Assembly: GCA_038884175.1 (NCBI GenBank)
Contig: JAVZKQ010000001.1
Location: 19,170-83,169 of the forward strand
DNA length: 64,000 nucleotides
Direction of reading: 5' to 3'
DNA from: Thermoprotei archaeon
Lineage (GTDB): Archaea > Thermoproteota > Thermoprotei_A > Marsarchaeales > Marsarchaeaceae
The position numbers and the translations under genes were made by a program. The notes under the pieces are model-generated. The model worked only from the letters and a program-made list of their open reading frames with translations, ran no database searches and had not been told where the DNA came from. Every line of letters starts with the position of its first letter. Within the stretch, counting starts at the first letter, position 1. Shown piece after piece: positions 60,503 to 64,000 of the stretch.

Positions 60503-62749
60503 TCAGACCCTCGACCAAATAGTCACAAGCACACTGCTTAAAGACATGGCTAGCGCCGCCCACTGGGGCTGCAGAATTAGGCCGAAGGGTGTCAGTAGCC
60601 CCGCGGCCACAGGCAGTATGGCGCTATTATAACCGAATGCCCAAGCGAGATTCTGCCTAATCTTCGAGTACACCTTTCTTGACTGAACTATGAGCTGTAG
60701 AATCCCCCTCAAGTCACCGCCCGTTAAAACGATGTCCGCCGCGGCCTTGGCAACCTCTGTGCCCATGGCGACGCCCACGTCGGCTCTTGTTAGCGCAGGG
60801 GCATCATTGACACCATCACCTACAAACATCACCACACCATTCCCCCTGAGTTTGCTGACGAGCTCAGCCTTCTCCTCTGGTTTGAACTCGGCGTAGAACT
60901 CGTCTATGCCTAGCTCGTCAGCGACAGCTTTCGCCATCAACTTGGAGTCGCCCGTCACCATCACGACGCGAATACCCATTTTTCGCAGTGTATTAACCAC
61001 ACTTGTAGCCTCGGGTTTAACCTTCTGTTTGAACCTAACGGACGCGGCCGGTTTCCCATCAACAGCAACGTACACTGAAGCCTCATCATCAGCAAGTGCG
61101 CCGTCGTGTGTGGCATTGCTTTCAATAAAATGCTTAGATCCCACCAGAACTGTTTTACCCCCAACCACACCCATTACACCTTCACCCACAAATGAGTCGA
61201 ACTCTTCGGCTTCATAGCGTTTCCCAAACGCCTCTAAGAGCGCCCGAGCGTATGGGTGCTGGCTCTTCGCTTCAACTGAAGCCGCAAGCTCAAGAGCCCC
61301 GTTGATGTGTTCAGTGTATGATTCAACCTCGAACTTATCCTCTGTGAGTGTGCCAGTCTTATCGAAAACAACTATACTCACCTTGTGGGCTAACTCGTAG
61401 GCTTCCCCCCTCTTTACCACAATGCCCATCTTGGAAGCTCTTTTCACACCTAGGCTCACCGCCATTGGTGTCGCAAGGCCTAGGGCGCAGGGACAGGCAG
61501 CTGCTAGCACGGCCACTGAGTATGCGAGCGAATCGTTTAAGGATGAGTGGAGCGCTAGGTGCCATGTTAAAAATGTGGCTGCTGAAACTACTAGGATTAG
61601 TGGGGTGAATACTGCTGACACCCTATCCACTACCCTTTGAATCGGTAGCTTAGCGGCTTGAGCCCTCCTCACCGCTTCCTCGACCTGCTCGAAATACGTC
61701 TTCGAGCCAACCCTAGTAGCGTAAACCTTGATGTTACCTGAGATGAGGGTTGAACCAGAATACACTGGGTCCCCCTTCCTCTTGAGCACAGGTTTTGACT
61801 CGCCTGTAACCACCGATTCATCCATTTCGCCGTGTCCGTCTTCGACGACCCCATCTACCACGGCCTTATCGCCCGCACTAAGCACCACGATGTCCCCGAC
61901 ACCAATTGTGCGCGTGTCCACTGTGAGCTGTTCACCGTTACGTATCACAACCGCTCTCTGTGGAAGTGTGGAAGCTAGCTCCGAAAGCGTCCTCGCCTTA
62001 GTGTACACCTCAACCGTTTTGCCTACGAGAACAAATGTTATTAGGAGGGCTGCAACGTCTACAAATCCGGCTGAGCCTCTAAAAACAGCCTCATAGAGGC
62101 TGTAGAAATAGGATATGTTTGAAGCGAGTGACACAAGGGTGTCCATGTTGCCTACGTGGTTTCGAAGCGCCCGTAGCGCCCCCAAATGGAATATCGAGCC
62201 ACTATAGAACTGTACGGGTGTTGCGGCCACAAGTGCCAATAGGGGTTGGTTTGTGTACAGTGCGAAAAGTGTGAGCGATGAGAACACCGCACCAACAGCC
62301 AATCTGAGGGAATACTCTCTAAGCGTCTTGGAGGCAGCTACAACGTCAGGTGTGGATAGCTGTTCACGCGTCCGAACTGGGCTTAGACCCCAGCTGCGTA
62401 GCACACCTTCAAGCTCGTCAGGATCCGTGGAGAGGGGATTATACTCGATTCTCAGCGTGTCAGAAGCATAGTCCGCCTCAACCTTTACAACACCCCTGTA
62501 GGCCTCCAGTTTGGCTGTTAGTCCGCCTAGCTCCTCAGGGCTGATCGACCTGATTTTGAATACAACAACGTAGGTTACGGCATCATAGCCCGCCGTCCTC
62601 ACGGCTTCAACAAGCTTTGATGTGGGGGTACCACTATGTTTCACCACCGCCTCCTCCGAGGCCAAACTCACCGATACATCGAGTACGCCTCTTGTTCGGC
62701 GTAGCGCCCGCTCAACGCTCGTGGTGCACGTAGCACAGTGCATACCCAC
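60503..62749 (-). CDS. copA: Cu(I)-exporting P1B-type ATPase; true N-terminus uncertain
   Basis: GMHCATC, TGES, CPC, DKTGT, HP, GDGVND, YN, MSLSS; frame stays open for 19 codons upstream to 62806 with no canonical start. Confidence 0.93.
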   Translation of the reverse strand: MGMHCATCTTSVERALRRTRGVLDVSVSLASEEAVVKHSGTPTSKLVEAVRTAGYDAVTYVVVFKIRSISPEELGGLTAKLEAYRGVVKVEADYASDTLRIEYNPLSTDPDELEGVLRSWGLSPVRTREQLSTPDVVAASKTLREYSLRLAVGAVFSSLTLFALYTNQPLLALVAATPVQFYSGSIFHLGALRALRNHVGNMDTLVSLASNISYFYSLYEAVFRGSAGFVDVAALLITFVLVGKTVEVYTKARTLSELASTLPQRAVVIRNGEQLTVDTRTIGVGDIVVLSAGDKAVVDGVVEDGHGEMDESVVTGESKPVLKRKGDPVYSGSTLISGNIKVYATRVGSKTYFEQVEEAVRRAQAAKLPIQRVVDRVSAVFTPLILVVSAATFLTWHLALHSSLNDSLAYSVAVLAAACPCALGLATPMAVSLGVKRASKMGIVVKRGEAYELAHKVSIVVFDKTGTLTEDKFEVESYTEHINGALELAASVEAKSQHPYARALLEAFGKRYEAEEFDSFVGEGVMGVVGGKTVLVGSKHFIESNATHDGALADDEASVYVAVDGKPAASVRFKQKVKPEATSVVNTLRKMGIRVVMVTGDSKLMAKAVADELGIDEFYAEFKPEEKAELVSKLRGNGVVMFVGDGVNDAPALTRADVGVAMGTEVAKAAADIVLTGGDLRGILQLIVQSRKVYSKIRQNLAWAFGYNSAILPVAAGLLTPFGLILQPQWAALAMSLSSVLVTIWSRV

Positions 62750-62795
62750 TATCCTTATTTCTTCTGTGTCTCCTTTACCTGTTTCGGGGCTGGGC

Positions 62796-62957
62796 TTAGG
62801 GATTGCTCATCCCCTCAGGCCCACCTTTAATGTACTTCTCAGGGTCACGATCAAACCTCGCTTTGCAACCATTACTACAGAAATAGTACACTTTCCCCTT
62901 ATAGAGTGACTTGATTTTCCCGTTTTCCACATTCATCCCACAGACTGGATCGATCAT
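62796..62957 (-). CDS. copT: YHS/TRASH copper chaperone (CopT/CopM), 53 aa
   Basis: Below the ORF-track cutoff; MIDPVCGMNV...YKGKVYYFCSNGCKARFDRDPEKYIKGGPEGMSNP*. Confidence 0.92.
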   Translation of the reverse strand: MIDPVCGMNVENGKIKSLYKGKVYYFCSNGCKARFDRDPEKYIKGGPEGMSNP

Positions 62958-63027
62958 AAATTATTAGCGTATAGCACCAAGATAAGATTTATTTTCATCA
63001 ATATAGCTCATAATACGAGGTAAAATA

Positions 63028-63555
63028 GTGTATTCTGTTAGGAATCTTACGGATATTGAGCTCAAAGTGCTCAATAGACTATATGAAGATGCGCGTATAC
63101 CTGTGGTCAAACTGGCCAAAGAGTTGGGTGTAAGCCGATCCACTGTATCAAGAACGATCGACTCATTGCTTGGTAGAGGCGTGATATCCAAGTTCACGGT
63201 TGATGTGAACTATCTGGGTGGGTTCAGGGTTTTCGCGAGATTTCAAAATAAACCCGAGATGCTAGAAGCCTATGAATTGTTGGATGGAACTTACTTGGGT
63301 GTGTTCAGTGCGTCAAGCCTCATGGATTTGAAGAGGGTGTTTGATCGGGTTGGTACACCCCTCGAATACATGATCGCAGTTCAAGCTTATAGACCTAAGA
63401 GCGTATCTCCTGTTCCCCTTGTGTGCGACAAGTGTGGTAAGCAAATACTTGAGCAGCCATATATCTACAAGAAGGGTAGGAAAACTTATTACGCGTGTTG
63501 CACAACATGTCTTGAAGCCTTAAAGCAAAGAATGGATAAAAAGAGGAGGGTTTGA
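63028..63555 (+). CDS. copR: copper-responsive regulator (Lrp-type HTH + TRASH)
   Basis: DARIPVVKLAKELGVSRSTV; CDKCGK...YYACCTTC; divergent from copT/copA. Confidence 0.88.
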   Translation: MYSVRNLTDIELKVLNRLYEDARIPVVKLAKELGVSRSTVSRTIDSLLGRGVISKFTVDVNYLGGFRVFARFQNKPEMLEAYELLDGTYLGVFSASSLMDLKRVFDRVGTPLEYMIAVQAYRPKSVSPVPLVCDKCGKQILEQPYIYKKGRKTYYACCTTCLEALKQRMDKKRRV

Positions 63556-63560
63556 TGGGC

Positions 63561-64000
63561 CTAAGACTTGTACCTGATTCTCGCAGCATAGAGGTAGCCG
63601 TCTCTACCTCTATACTTAACGATAATATATTTACCTCTTGTGGCCACTTCGGGGAATAGGTAGCCAAACTCTTCGAGTTGTTGCGCTGCTTCCTTCCTTT
63701 TACCCGCTCTCACAAGCTTCCTGACAACGTCCCTGTGCTCCTTGGGGAGTGGAGGTGATGGTTTCGGTTTTATTTTAATAACATACTCTTCCCCGTTCTC
63801 CTCGTTTTCTTGTTCTACTTTTTCTTTATTAATAACCTCTACTGGTGGTGTTGGTGTGGCAATCATGGTCTGGAGAGAACCAAGAAGCATCTGAGGCTCA
63901 GAGCTTTTGTCCGCTGTATCTCTAACGCTTGACTCAACACTTGCTGAGGGTGCGGGTGGCGCAACCGTACTTACTACGTTCTTTGATTGGTCTTGCTGTG
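63561..64000 (-). CDS. C-terminal part of a hypothetical protein (5' end outside window)
   Basis: Frame open from the window edge; Pro/Ser/Glu-rich linker followed by a small basic domain. Confidence 0.65.
   Translation of the reverse strand, partial: QQDQSKNVVSTVAPPAPSASVESSVRDTADKSSEPQMLLGSLQTMIATPTPPVEVINKEKVEQENEENGEEYVIKIKPKPSPPLPKEHRDVVRKLVRAGKRKEAAQQLEEFGYLFPEVATRGKYIIVKYRGRDGYLYAARIRYKS

Noticed and set aside
62796-62810. ATG AGC AAT as a simple CopA start codon
   Set aside because: It is in the copT frame and stops after four codons; reaching CopA needs a frameshift or indel.
1-64000. Many antisense ORFs of 60-200 aa; CRISPR arrays, rRNA, transposases
   Set aside because: The antisense ORFs shadow well-supported genes; no repeat-spacer periodicity, rRNA-like sequence or transposase motifs were seen.

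Overview
Gene-dense archaeal chromosomal segment. A short XPF without a helicase domain, a copR/copT/copA locus, tricorn protease, a BHB-intron tRNA and leaderless TATA promoters point to a TACK/Thermoproteota-type aerobic thermoacidophile; a Marsarchaeota-like identity is inference only. It holds a glycogen/alpha-glucan cluster (GT4, two GH15, debranching enzyme), ABC/MFS transporters, an MfnB-like plus TusA-like gene pair behind an 18-bp palindrome, thrB, hom, ChdC-like, moeA, two XdhC/CoxF genes, rtcA, tldD/tldE, priL, an AAA/VWA pair, FAU-1, XPF and two tRNAs (intron-containing Cys-GCA; Met-CAT). Highlights: (1) the unannotated copT ends in CCC-TAA and its +1 frame runs without a start codon through a Pro-rich linker into CopA, a candidate programmed +1 frameshift giving both chaperone and chaperone-pump fusion; (2) a form I (AYRCSFR) CO dehydrogenase operon carries three lesions (2-bp start slip and in-frame 114-bp insertion in coxM, 24-bp duplication in coxL); (3) an orphan methanofuran-type furan synthase sits divergent from an exporter; (4) a small membrane protein has a PCNA-binding-like motif. 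No CRISPR array, rRNA, integrase or transposase was seen. All calls are from reading motifs by eye; no database searches were run.
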